IMG/VR virus record: IMGVR_UViG_3300025536_000010
Coordinates: 124,001 to 188,000 of that record
Length of the DNA: 64,000 bases
Direction: 5' to 3' (one strand)
The notes under the pieces: model-generated
The model's input: the letters and a program-made list of their open reading frames with translations, nothing else
What the model was told of the DNA's origin: nothing
The model's database searches: none
Program-made: the position numbers and the translations under genes
Shown here: positions 18,513 through 27,925 of the stretch, piece after piece
Numbering within the stretch: position 1 is the stretch's first letter
Layout of the letters: every line of letters begins with the position of its first letter

Positions 18513-21500
18513 ATGGCAGACCACCCGGCGTTCGACCCCACCAAATGCGACGTGGAGCCGGTCGAGCGGATTCCCTGCGAAGACCTGCTCGTCGATCCGC
18601 GCGTGCCGGACCCGCCGAAAGAGATCCCGGACTGCCCAGCGACCGAGATCGAGAAGCTGCCGCCGGACCCGCCCTGCCCGGAGTTGAACGTCAAACGGCA
18701 CCCGGATTTCCCGTCGCCGCAAGTGCCGGCGTACATGGACCACGACATCTGCGAAACGCCCAAGTTAAACTTCAAAATCGAGAAGGTCGGCTGCTGCGAC
18801 TTTGATTTTGTCATCGACCTGTGCATCCCTTGCCCGGACCTGGAACCGCTCTACCCGTTCATTAAGGGCGTGCCTTTCACGTTCAGCGAGTCGACGCTGA
18901 CCTACGGCTTCATCCGCAAGCCAAACTGCGACTTCGAGTTCAGGATCGACCTGGAGATCCACTGTCCGTTTATCGGCCCGCTCGGGTTCGCCGTGAACAA
19001 GGGGGTACGTTACGGCCCGGCGCTGCTGACGTACAGCTTCTCCAAAACGGGAGCTTGCGATTATTTCCTGAACATCGACGTCTCCGTGCCTTGCCCGGCC
19101 GTTGGACCTATTTTTCCTGGCGAAGTGACGCCCATTCCTTTCAACGGCGTCAGCACGCTCGGCTTCCTCGTCTACTGGTTCAATCGCGGCGTAAACTGCA
19201 ACTACGATCTGGACATTTTTGCGGCAGCGCCGTGCCCGCCTATTGGCCCAAACGAGCCGCTGACCAAGCTGATCCCGTACAGCAAGCAGCAGACGATCCG
19301 CTACTACATGAGGCGTGCGCAAAACCCGGACGGCTCGCCGAAGTGCGAGTACGAACTCATCATCGACGCCCGCATCAAGTGCCCGCGCATCGAGCCGATC
19401 AACCTCAAGACGGTGCCGCTGACCCAGGTAAACACTGCGCCCAAGCTGCGCTACATCTTCCTGAAAAACGAGACGACCTGCGAATACGAACTGGTTATCC
19501 AGGGCGAATACCACTGCCCGAAGATGCTGCCAGACATCGCGGCGCCGCAGGTGCGGCCGATCCCGTTCGGAGCGGTGCAGCAGATCGTCTACTTCTTCCG
19601 CAAGCAAGGCATCTGCGACTACTTCCTGGACATCAACGCCAACATTATCTGCCCGCCGATGAAGCCAGAGGTCTGGAAGAACGTCAACCTCCAGCTGGTG
19701 CAGGTGCCGCCCAAGCTGCGCTTCCGCTTCGTCAAGATCCCGCCCTGCGGCTGGGAGTTGGAGATCGAAGGCGAGTGGCACTGCCCGATCATCAAACCTA
19801 TCGAGGCGGCCAAGGGCGAGCGCGGCGTCAAATTCGGCGACCCGGGGCAGATCCGCTGGTGGTTCGTCAAGATACTGCCCTGCGAGTTCGAGTTGAAAAT
19901 CGAACTCGACGTGCCGTGCCCGATCCTCAAACCCATCGTCGAACAAGAAGTCGACCTGGTCAAAGTGTTTGAGGCGCCCAAGCTATTTTTCAAGTTTGTC
20001 AAAGACCCCGCCGCCGATAAGTGCGAGTTCACCCTGGACATCTCCGGGGAATGGTTCTGCCCCATCGTGGACCCGCCGGAAGACGCCCCCGGAGTCGCGC
20101 CGCTAGGCGGCGGCGCGGGCGGCGAAATACGCTGGTGGTTCAGACGGGAAGCGCCTTGCCACTACGAGCTAATCATCGAAGGCGAGTGCCCCTGCGTAGT
20201 CATGCAGCCGGTCGACTTGACCAGCATACCGATCACCTTCACGAACAACGACGAAGGCTGGTTCGACTTCTATTTCGAGAAAGACCCGGACGACTGCATC
20301 TGGACGCTCGTCGTAGAAGAGATCCGCGTGCCGTGCCCCAAGATCGGGCCGACCGTGCTCGTCACCAAAGACGTTCACCCGGAGGACGTGCCCGGAGCCT
20401 TGGGCACGCTGGAGTATGTGTTTGTCAAAGCCGGAGCCGGCTGCCAGTACGACCTGGAAATCGACCTCATCACTCCTTGCCAGGAACACCTGCCCGATTG
20501 CGCGGCACCCGACGTCAAGCCAGTCCTCTGTTCGGGAACGTGCGAAGGCGAGTTGACCTACTGCTTCACGAAATACAACGAGTGCGATTACGATCTCAGC
20601 ATCGACGTCACCGTGCCGATCTGTCCGCCGGTCTGTACCTTCGACATCGAGATAAACTGCCACGACGAACCGTTTACGCCGACCGGCACCTGCGATGTTA
20701 CCGTCGTCAACGGTTGCGAACTCCAGTTCGACATGGTCTTGGACCTGGTCTGCGGCGGCGACGGCGATCAAGGCGCACAGGGGCATCAAGGCGCGCAAGG
20801 TGGAGCCGGCGGTGCCCAAGGACCACAAGGCCACCAGGGCGATCCTGGCGCTCAAGGCGATCCTGGCGACCCCGGACCACAAGGCGATCAGGGGCACCAA
20901 GGCGACCAGGGCGAAAAGGGCTGCGGCACCTGGCAAGGCCAGTGGCTGGCGGCTACCGCCTACGCAGCGTGCGACATCGTCTTCAACGACGGTGAGACGT
21001 TCCTCTGCACCGACGACCACACCTCGGCAAGTGGTGATGAGCCCGACATAGGAGCAACCTGGGCGACCAAATGGGACCGCATGGCCACCGGCATCAACTG
21101 GCGCGGTCCCTGGACAACGGCGACTGTCTACGGCGAGCACGACGCTGTCGAGAACAACGGCTCGTCCTACATCGCCAAGCTGACGCACACTTCCAGTGCG
21201 GGCACGGAACCTGGCGTGGGCGGCGGCTGGAACGTCGCCTGGGATCTGATGGCGGCCAAGGGAGCACAAGGCGCACAAGGCTCCCAAGGTGACCAAGGCA
21301 ACCAAGGTGTCCAGGGCAGGCAAGGCAACCAAGGCTTCCAAGGAAATCAGGGCACCCAAGGCTTCCAAGGGAATCAGGGCCTCCAGGGCCTCCAGGGCTC
21401 GACCGGCTCCAAACTGGCCATCGTGCCCTACTGGGACGAGTACGTTGCCCTGGCCTGCGTCGAAGCCCCCGAAGTACGCTTCGAGGACATCTTGCGAGTG

Positions 21501-21809
21501 CAGTTCAGCGGCGACCACCGCGACACGGTCATCGTTGACATTGACCCGGTATTTCTCGGCGTCTGCGAACCTGGTAGCATCGTTCCCGTCTCGGCTGTAC
21601 CCGCAACGCCGATCCCGGTTGGCGTGCAGGTCTGCGGCGGGCTAGTTTACGTCCGCGTCACGCGGAGCAGCGCAACGCCGCGCTTTCAAGGCGAAGTGAT
21701 TGTAAAACTGTCGGGCATCCGGCGGGATCACACCTGGCGCTTCCGGCGGCATACCGAAGACGACATGGTCGCCAACAACGCCTTCTGGCAAGGCTGGAAA
21801 AAGGAGTAA
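18513..21809 (+). CDS. tail fibre: ~15 Cys repeats, collagen-like segments, two CBM5/12-like modules, C-terminal chaperone-like domain
   Basis: C-x11-CP repeats; GxQ triplets ~20764-20920 and ~21261-21410; WQGQWLAATAY..D.V and WRGPWTTATVY..DAV; LACVEAPEVRFED. Confidence 0.8.
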   Translation: MADHPAFDPTKCDVEPVERIPCEDLLVDPRVPDPPKEIPDCPATEIEKLPPDPPCPELNVKRHPDFPSPQVPAYMDHDICETPKLNFKIEKVGCCDFDFVIDLCIPCPDLEPLYPFIKGVPFTFSESTLTYGFIRKPNCDFEFRIDLEIHCPFIGPLGFAVNKGVRYGPALLTYSFSKTGACDYFLNIDVSVPCPAVGPIFPGEVTPIPFNGVSTLGFLVYWFNRGVNCNYDLDIFAAAPCPPIGPNEPLTKLIPYSKQQTIRYYMRRAQNPDGSPKCEYELIIDARIKCPRIEPINLKTVPLTQVNTAPKLRYIFLKNETTCEYELVIQGEYHCPKMLPDIAAPQVRPIPFGAVQQIVYFFRKQGICDYFLDINANIICPPMKPEVWKNVNLQLVQVPPKLRFRFVKIPPCGWELEIEGEWHCPIIKPIEAAKGERGVKFGDPGQIRWWFVKILPCEFELKIELDVPCPILKPIVEQEVDLVKVFEAPKLFFKFVKDPAADKCEFTLDISGEWFCPIVDPPEDAPGVAPLGGGAGGEIRWWFRREAPCHYELIIEGECPCVVMQPVDLTSIPITFTNNDEGWFDFYFEKDPDDCIWTLVVEEIRVPCPKIGPTVLVTKDVHPEDVPGALGTLEYVFVKAGAGCQYDLEIDLITPCQEHLPDCAAPDVKPVLCSGTCEGELTYCFTKYNECDYDLSIDVTVPICPPVCTFDIEINCHDEPFTPTGTCDVTVVNGCELQFDMVLDLVCGGDGDQGAQGHQGAQGGAGGAQGPQGHQGDPGAQGDPGDPGPQGDQGHQGDQGEKGCGTWQGQWLAATAYAACDIVFNDGETFLCTDDHTSASGDEPDIGATWATKWDRMATGINWRGPWTTATVYGEHDAVENNGSSYIAKLTHTSSAGTEPGVGGGWNVAWDLMAAKGAQGAQGSQGDQGNQGVQGRQGNQGFQGNQGTQGFQGNQGLQGLQGSTGSKLAIVPYWDEYVALACVEAPEVRFEDILRVQFSGDHRDTVIVDIDPVFLGVCEPGSIVPVSAVPATPIPVGVQVCGGLVYVRVTRSSATPRFQGEVIVKLSGIRRDHTWRFRRHTEDDMVANNAFWQGWKKE

Positions 21810-21813
21810 TCGA

Positions 21814-23151
21814 ATGCTGGTCAGCGTTTTCACCCCGAGTCACAACCCCGAGTGGCTGGCCGACTGTTGGGCCTGCTTGCTGGAGCAAACGTACAAGGAA
21901 TGGGAGTGGATCATCGTCGCCAACGGCGACAACACCGACACAGTCGTCCTGTCTGTAGAGTTACTCTGCGGCGACGATCCGCGTGTCCGTGTCATCCGCT
22001 CCACCGAGACGAAGATCGGCGCGCTCAAACGGCTCGCCTGTGAGCAGGCGCTAGGCGACCTTTTCCTGGAGTACGACCACGACGACCTGCTCACCCACGA
22101 CTGTCTCGAAGCCGTGGTCGAGGCCGCCCGTGGGGCGCCCAAGGCCGCCTTTATCTGGTCCGACGACGTTAGCTGCGATTTCAGCGGGCAGAGCAAGCGC
22201 TACTCGGCTGACTGGGGCTGGCGGCAGACCCAGTGGACCTACAAGGGCAAGGAATACTGGATCAACGAGCATCACCCGATCACGGCTCGGTCCATGTGTG
22301 AGATTCTCTACACCCCGGACCACGTCCGCGTCTGGACCAGAGAAGCCTACCGACTGGTCGGCGGGCACAACAAGGAGATGCCCTACGGCGACGATCACGA
22401 ACTCATGGTGCGCACCTACCTCAAGGGCGTACCGTTCATTCATATCGCCAGGCCGTTGTACTTCCACCGGCAAGACGGCAAGAGCACCTGCCAGGTCAAA
22501 GTCAACGAGATCCAGCAGATCTCGCGGCAGAACCGCGACAAGTACCTGTACGACCTGGTCAAGGAATGGTGCCGCCGCGAAAAGCTGCCGATGTACGACC
22601 TGGGCGGCGCCCACGGTTGCCCGCTCGGCTACATCCCCATCGACATCAACCCCGCAGTCAAGCAGCACCCAGGCGGCATCTGCTGCGATGTCCTGCCCAA
22701 CGTCGACAACGAGGACGTCCGCGGCCTGAGCGGCCTTTACGCGCACCTCAAGCCAAACTCGGTCGGCTGCTTCCGGGCCTTCGACTTCCTGGAGCACATC
22801 CCCGGGCCGCAGATCCCGAAGCTGATGAACATGCTCTACGATCTGCTGGTGCCCGGCGGCTGGCTGCTGACTATGACGCCGGCCGTCTGCGACGACAACG
22901 GCCGGGCCGGACGCGGGGCCTATCAAGACCCCACGCACGTTTCGTTTTGGTCCAGCAACAACTTCTGGTACTACACCAAGAAGGACCAGGCCAAGTACGT
23001 CCCGGAGATCACCTGCCGCTTCCAGGCGGCGCGGCTGGCAAACCTCTACCCCAGCAAGTTTCACCACACGCATCTGATCCCCTACGTCCTCGCGGACTTG
23101 ATGGCTTTGAAAGACGGCAATGCGTACGCGCCGGGGCCGAAGGAGATCTAG
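21814..23151 (+). CDS. GT2 glycosyltransferase fused to a SAM-methyltransferase-like domain
   Basis: VSVFTPSHN...LLEQTYKEWEWII, YDHDDLL, GDDHEL; then YDLGGAH, AFDFLEHI, LVPGGWL, QDPTHVSFW. Confidence 0.85.
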   Translation: MLVSVFTPSHNPEWLADCWACLLEQTYKEWEWIIVANGDNTDTVVLSVELLCGDDPRVRVIRSTETKIGALKRLACEQALGDLFLEYDHDDLLTHDCLEAVVEAARGAPKAAFIWSDDVSCDFSGQSKRYSADWGWRQTQWTYKGKEYWINEHHPITARSMCEILYTPDHVRVWTREAYRLVGGHNKEMPYGDDHELMVRTYLKGVPFIHIARPLYFHRQDGKSTCQVKVNEIQQISRQNRDKYLYDLVKEWCRREKLPMYDLGGAHGCPLGYIPIDINPAVKQHPGGICCDVLPNVDNEDVRGLSGLYAHLKPNSVGCFRAFDFLEHIPGPQIPKLMNMLYDLLVPGGWLLTMTPAVCDDNGRAGRGAYQDPTHVSFWSSNNFWYYTKKDQAKYVPEITCRFQAARLANLYPSKFHHTHLIPYVLADLMALKDGNAYAPGPKEI

Positions 23152-25259
23152 TGCATACGTTCATCTTCAACAACAAATGGGCGCTCGGTGACACGGTCTG
23201 CCTCTCAGCCCTGGTGCGCGACCTACACCGAGCGTACCCCGGACAGTACCGCGTGCTGCTGGCCCAGCACTACCAGTCCTACTGGAAATACCTGAGCATC
23301 GCCAAGGCCCTGCCCGACAACGAGCAAGCCGCGGTGAAAGGCCAGGTGGTCCAGTTAGAGTACCTGTCAGGCATCAGGGCGGCCGGCAATGGCTCCAAAA
23401 GCCATTTTTTGGCTTACTGGCACCGGGCGTTCGAGAACGCCACCGGCCTGCGGGTGCCCTGCACCGAACCCAAAGGCGTCATCGGCTTGGCACCGGAGGC
23501 GCAGACGTCGCCCTACCCGTTCCGCTATTGGGTCGTCGTGGCCGGCGGCAAGCACGACGCCACAGTCAAAGTCTGGTACACGCATCGCTACCAGCAAGCC
23601 GTAGACACGCTCCAGGGCCTGGGCCTCAAGTTCGTCCAGGCCGGGGCTGACTTCAACAAACACTTTCACCCGCGGCTCCAGCGCGTGGAACAGTCCATCG
23701 GCAAGACCGACGACATTCAGGATTTCTTCCGCCTGATCTATCACGCCGAAGGCGTCCTCTGCGGCGTCACCGGAGCCATGCACATCGCCGCGGTCTTCGA
23801 CAAGCCCTGCGTCGTCGTGGCCGGTGGCCGGGAGGAGCCCTGGTGGGAGGCGTACACCAATTGTTACTTCCCCGAGTCTTTTGGCCCAGCCTGCGCGCCG
23901 GTGAAAGTCGAGCACACTTTTCTGCACACCCTGGGCCTGCTCGATTGTGGCTGCGGCAACCTCAACAAGGGCTGCTGGCGGGACCGGACAGTGCCCATCG
24001 AGCGCACGGACCACTCCAACGCCGCCCAGATCCACAAGCTATGCAAGCGGCCGATCCGCGACGCTCCCCAGGCCGTGCCCGAGTGCATGCACCTGATCGA
24101 AGTTGACCACGTCGTCGAGGCTGTCATGAACTACTACGAGAAAGGCATCTTGCCGCCCATCGGCAAGCCCACCCGCAAGTACGCCGAAGCGATAACGCTC
24201 GACTACCCAATGCAGCCGTTAGTCGGCACGCCGAAAGCGCCTAACCCGATCAAGGAACTCTGGGACAAGTCAGTCGCATCGGCGACGCCGATAGATCTGG
24301 CCCAGGAAAGAGAGAGACACAAGATCCGCGGCATCGGCACGAACATCACCCCACTGCTGCGCGACCTGCCGCCGCTGCCCAGGGAAGCCACGCACCTCAT
24401 GGTCAACCCGCCGACGCTGCGCGAGTTGGAAAAATGGGGCAGAGAGATGCCAAGGGAGGTTCAATCGCGGGTCGGGGAAGACCCTGACCTGGCAGTTCTC
24501 GACCACCCCTACATCGGCGGCAAGTTCACCGTGTTCGTCCTGGGATACGGGGAGCACCTGGCGCTGGTGAAACGCTGCCTCGGGTCGATCCTGGACAACG
24601 CTCCCTCAGCCAGGATCGACCTGCGCGTCGCCCTCAACCAACCGAGCAAGCCCATGCTCGACTACATCACCGGCTTCGACAAGAAGACTGTGACACGGGT
24701 CTATCTCGACCACGGCGACCGGCGGAAATACCCGGCCATGCGAGAGATGTTCTGGGACGACAGCTGCCCTATCGAAACCAAATACGTCCTGTGGTTCGAC
24801 GACGACAGCCACGTCGTCGACAAGAAATGGCTGGTCGAACTCGGCCACGTCATCGTCGGCAACCACCCGCACGGCAGTCGCATGTTTGGCTGCAAGTACA
24901 TTCACGACCTGATGGGCTTCCGCCGGCGCGGCTTTGCCCCTGAGAAGTGGTTCCAGGCAGCCCGCTGGTGGCAAAGTAAGCCGCTGCACCTGGCCAAAGG
25001 CGCGCGTACCGGCCCCAACGGCAGCGAGATCGTCTTCGCTTCTGGCGGCTTCTGGGCCTTGGCCACAGAAGTCATCCGCAAAGCAGACATCCCGGACGCG
25101 CGCTTGAACCACAACGGCGGCGACATCACCATCGGCGCCCAGGTCCACCAGGCCGGGTTCAAGGTTTGCGATTTCGCCCGCGGCAAGAAGCCGGTGTGCT
25201 GGTCGGACGCCCAGCGCCGCGGCTATCACGAGGCGTTCCCCTGGAGTGAGGTAACGTGA
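23151..25259 (+). CDS. GT9 (heptosyltransferase-like) plus GT2-like glycosyltransferase fusion
   Basis: GTG 23151 after AGGAG; ALGDTVCLSALVRDLHRAYPG, LIYHAEGVLCGVTGAMHIAAVFDKPCVV; C-terminal YVLWFDDDSH and GGD. Confidence 0.8.
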   Translation: MHTFIFNNKWALGDTVCLSALVRDLHRAYPGQYRVLLAQHYQSYWKYLSIAKALPDNEQAAVKGQVVQLEYLSGIRAAGNGSKSHFLAYWHRAFENATGLRVPCTEPKGVIGLAPEAQTSPYPFRYWVVVAGGKHDATVKVWYTHRYQQAVDTLQGLGLKFVQAGADFNKHFHPRLQRVEQSIGKTDDIQDFFRLIYHAEGVLCGVTGAMHIAAVFDKPCVVVAGGREEPWWEAYTNCYFPESFGPACAPVKVEHTFLHTLGLLDCGCGNLNKGCWRDRTVPIERTDHSNAAQIHKLCKRPIRDAPQAVPECMHLIEVDHVVEAVMNYYEKGILPPIGKPTRKYAEAITLDYPMQPLVGTPKAPNPIKELWDKSVASATPIDLAQERERHKIRGIGTNITPLLRDLPPLPREATHLMVNPPTLRELEKWGREMPREVQSRVGEDPDLAVLDHPYIGGKFTVFVLGYGEHLALVKRCLGSILDNAPSARIDLRVALNQPSKPMLDYITGFDKKTVTRVYLDHGDRRKYPAMREMFWDDSCPIETKYVLWFDDDSHVVDKKWLVELGHVIVGNHPHGSRMFGCKYIHDLMGFRRRGFAPEKWFQAARWWQSKPLHLAKGARTGPNGSEIVFASGGFWALATEVIRKADIPDARLNHNGGDITIGAQVHQAGFKVCDFARGKKPVCWSDAQRRGYHEAFPWSEVT

Positions 25260-25621
25260 AAGACGGGGTCAAGTTCGCCGTCGACAACATGGTGCTGTTC
25301 CAGATGCTCGGGGACAGCTTCTTCTATCAGGCCCTGCCGGCCTACTGCGGCGACTTGCAACAGGCCGGCAAGGCCGCCTACGACCGAGTCGTACGCGCGG
25401 CCCTCAAAAACGAAGACGACCCGGCCTGTTTCGGCTGCTCGTCGCTCAATAAAGTCATCGACCCGTGGCGGGATACGCTGGGGCAGCGTCTGGCCAAGGC
25501 GGATGCGGGCGATCTCGAAGCACTGGCGGCGTACATCGGCGGCAAACGGGGCTATCGCCCCAGGCCCATCGTGATGTACTATAAGGACGAGCGAGGGAAA
25601 AAAGCGATCCTTTCGTTCTAG
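25256..25621 (+). CDS. small CxxC protein (paralog of 26112-26435)
   Basis: CFGC; C-terminus YYKDERGKKAILSF. Confidence 0.65.
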   Translation: MKDGVKFAVDNMVLFQMLGDSFFYQALPAYCGDLQQAGKAAYDRVVRAALKNEDDPACFGCSSLNKVIDPWRDTLGQRLAKADAGDLEALAAYIGGKRGYRPRPIVMYYKDERGKKAILSF

Positions 25622-25640
25622 GACGGACAGGAGGCCAAGG

Positions 25641-26099
25641 ATGGCCGGGCGTAGACTGAAACTCCAAAAGTACGAACTGCTGCATGTCAACTTCCTCTAC
25701 CTGGGCGGCTTCCGGCTGCGCGTGGAGGCGAGTGACCCGCTCGGCAGCGGCGCCGACCCGAATGTCTTCCTTTTCCTCCGCGATGTCCTGAACCCTTACG
25801 ACCAGACGATTGATGATCTTTTCCAGGGCGTCGCTTCGGTCGTGGACATGGCCGAGTACCCCGTGGGGGAACCGAACAACAACACGACCTACCCAATGTT
25901 CAGGCTCGATTTCTTCGAGATCGACCTGCGAACAACGGAACTGGCGCAGAAGACCTGGCTGCTCGTCCAGGAGGAAGTCAGCAACCTGCTGCTGATCCTG
26001 GACCGCATGGAACAACTAGAACCGACCGAGGAGGTCTGGGTGGGGGCACCCGAGGAAGATGAGGGCGGCTCGTCTTCTTCCTCCTCTGTAAGTGCGTAA
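25641..26099 (+). CDS. hypothetical protein with Ser-rich C-terminus
   Basis: SD GGAGG; ends EEDEGGSSSSSSVSA. Confidence 0.7.
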   Translation: MAGRRLKLQKYELLHVNFLYLGGFRLRVEASDPLGSGADPNVFLFLRDVLNPYDQTIDDLFQGVASVVDMAEYPVGEPNNNTTYPMFRLDFFEIDLRTTELAQKTWLLVQEEVSNLLLILDRMEQLEPTEEVWVGAPEEDEGGSSSSSSVSA

Positions 26100-26111
26100 G
26101 GAGATGCACCA

Positions 26112-26435
26112 ATGCCAGATGCCAAAGGTAAGCGACCCCTGGTAGTCCTCGAAGATAGCACCCTGGCCGGCATGGCCCTCAACGCCGGCATCGTGCGCGA
26201 GTTCCCCTTCCTGTCTTCTCTGGGGAAGGCCGTGAAGGGCGACCTCCCGCGCCGCGGCTGCGGCTCTTGCGGCGGCAGCGGCGGTGTCCGCGCCGAAGTC
26301 TTTACTGCGGCAAAGTCCACCATCGCGGGGCTCGACGGGACCAAGAAGCGACGCCTCAAGGAATTACTGAACGCGCAAAACGCCCGCGTGACTTACAAGA
26401 ACGCCAGCGGCAAGGTGGTGCAGTTGACGTTCTAA
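26112..26435 (+). CDS. small CxxC protein
   Basis: CGSC; C-terminus TYKNASGKVVQLTF; SD AAGGAG. Confidence 0.7.
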   Translation: MPDAKGKRPLVVLEDSTLAGMALNAGIVREFPFLSSLGKAVKGDLPRRGCGSCGGSGGVRAEVFTAAKSTIAGLDGTKKRRLKELLNAQNARVTYKNASGKVVQLTF

Positions 26436-26607
26436 GCCCGCAGCCCATCCGCTACCTACCTCCACCCCACGTCTCCTACCACATTCAATCTTTGAGGCCA
26501 GTGCCGCGGTCCCCGGCGCTGGCCTCTGTCTTTGCCTAAATATCCGCCACGGATAAGTCACAATAGTTGAGGTGGAACCGCTTCGTTCTCTTAACCCCGG
26601 AGATCCC

Positions 26608-26829
26608 ATGTACTACACCTGCATCTTTCGCCCGGTAATCCTGATGGTCGCGTTCTACTTGATCGCGGCTACCGCCAACGCCTGCGGCGTCGCCCTGCCC
26701 TGGTGGCTTGCTGCTGCCCTGGCCGCCGGCATCGCCTTCGCCGACGAGATTCGCCTGGCTGCTCGGCACGCTGCCGAGGAAGCAAAGAAGCTCGCCGCGC
26801 TGCGGCGGCTCATCGCCAAGCACTACTAG
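26608..26829 (+). CDS. small membrane protein (2 TM)
   Basis: Two hydrophobic stretches, basic tail, GGAG SD. Confidence 0.55.
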   Translation: MYYTCIFRPVILMVAFYLIAATANACGVALPWWLAAALAAGIAFADEIRLAARHAAEEAKKLAALRRLIAKHY

Positions 26830-26870
26830 CGTTCGCGCGATCTTCCCTGTTTCACCGAAAGGAGACTCTG

Positions 26871-27428
26871 ATGGTTGCTGCAACGAAGTCTGCGCGCAAG
26901 GTCCGTACCCCGCACCCGAAGAAGGCCGCCCCGGCTGCGCCGGCGCCGGTCCCGACCGTCTCGCCTGTCCCGCCGGCCGCGCCCGCCGCGGCGTACACGC
27001 CGCCGGAGGCCCTCGCGGCAATGATCCCGACCGAGATGACCGTGGTGGACCGCGCCACCCAGATGGCTCAGGAGGCCATCGACGCTACCTGGGCGCGTGC
27101 TCACTACGCGGCCTGGGCGTTTGTCGTCAGCGTGCCGACGCTGCTGACCATGCTGTATTTTGCCAACGCGATCAACGTCGCCGCGGTCTGGTTCTCCTGG
27201 GGGATTTTCTTCCTGGTGGGCTTGTTGTTCGTCAAGCTGCTGCGCGGCTTGTTCTACGGCGTCGCGCGGCTGCCTATCGTCGTACGCCTGGTGGCGTCTG
27301 TGTCCCTCGTCTGGCTCCTGTTCTACATCCAGGGGCCGCCGAAGGAACTGCTCCTGACGGCGTGTGTCAGTCTCCTCATGGTGAACTTGCTCTGCCTCGG
27401 TGTTCGAGGCGGCACCGTGCGGGAATAA
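26871..27428 (+). CDS. membrane protein (~4 TM) with Pro/Ala-rich N-terminus
   Basis: SD AAAGGAG; hydrophobic C-terminal half. Confidence 0.7.
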   Translation: MVAATKSARKVRTPHPKKAAPAAPAPVPTVSPVPPAAPAAAYTPPEALAAMIPTEMTVVDRATQMAQEAIDATWARAHYAAWAFVVSVPTLLTMLYFANAINVAAVWFSWGIFFLVGLLFVKLLRGLFYGVARLPIVVRLVASVSLVWLLFYIQGPPKELLLTACVSLLMVNLLCLGVRGGTVRE

Positions 27429-27452
27429 AATCAAGAAGTGTAGTGTAGTGTA

Positions 27453-27514
27453 GCCAAGGCTACGCGAGATGGTTCTAGTGTTTCCCAACACTCGATCCCT
27501 CGCGTAGCCTTGGC
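27453..27514. repeat. 16-bp perfect inverted repeat with inner hairpin
   Basis: GCCAAGGCTACGCGAG (27453-27468) / CTCGCGTAGCCTTGGC (27499-27514), intergenic. Confidence 0.9.
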
Positions 27515-27583
27515 AGCACCGTTCGGGTACACTGGGCCTTGGCTTAGTAGTTCTGCGTTTTTCTTACGCATCAGGAGGAGATA

Positions 27584-27925
27584 ATGTCGCTGAACGTAGT
27601 CGAGAACGCCTGCACCTTCACCGGCGACCGCAGTCGCGGCGTGGTCGTGATCGAGTCGGACGCCCCCGGGCCGCCGTTCACCGAGTCGTTCCACGAACTG
27701 GACAGCACCGACGCCCGCAACCTGGCCCTCCAGTTCTCCGCCGGTTGCGGTTTGGCGCCGCCGCGTATCAACGGTAACGTGATCGGGCCGTACCCGATCA
27801 ACGGCGAGGGCCTGAGCCTCGAACACGTCAAAGACGGGCAAGGGCAGCCCCTGCCCCCACAGCATCCGCGTATGCAAGTCGCGCGCTACCGGATCGACGT
27901 CCCCGTGGCGGCGGCACTCCGATGA
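27584..27925 (+). CDS. hypothetical protein
   Basis: SD AGGAGG; ATGA coupling to next gene. Confidence 0.7.
   Translation: MSLNVVENACTFTGDRSRGVVVIESDAPGPPFTESFHELDSTDARNLALQFSAGCGLAPPRINGNVIGPYPINGEGLSLEHVKDGQGQPLPPQHPRMQVARYRIDVPVAAALR

Noticed and set aside
20764-21410. CAAGG-periodic DNA repeats as a non-coding array or DGR
   Set aside because: Fully explained by Gly-X-Gln collagen codons. No reverse transcriptase is present in the window.
22566-23150. N-terminal 195 aa of the 897-aa ORF in the track
   Set aside because: Off-frame overlap with the GT2-MTase gene. The likely start is GTG 23151, which has an SD and is followed at once by the GT9 motif.
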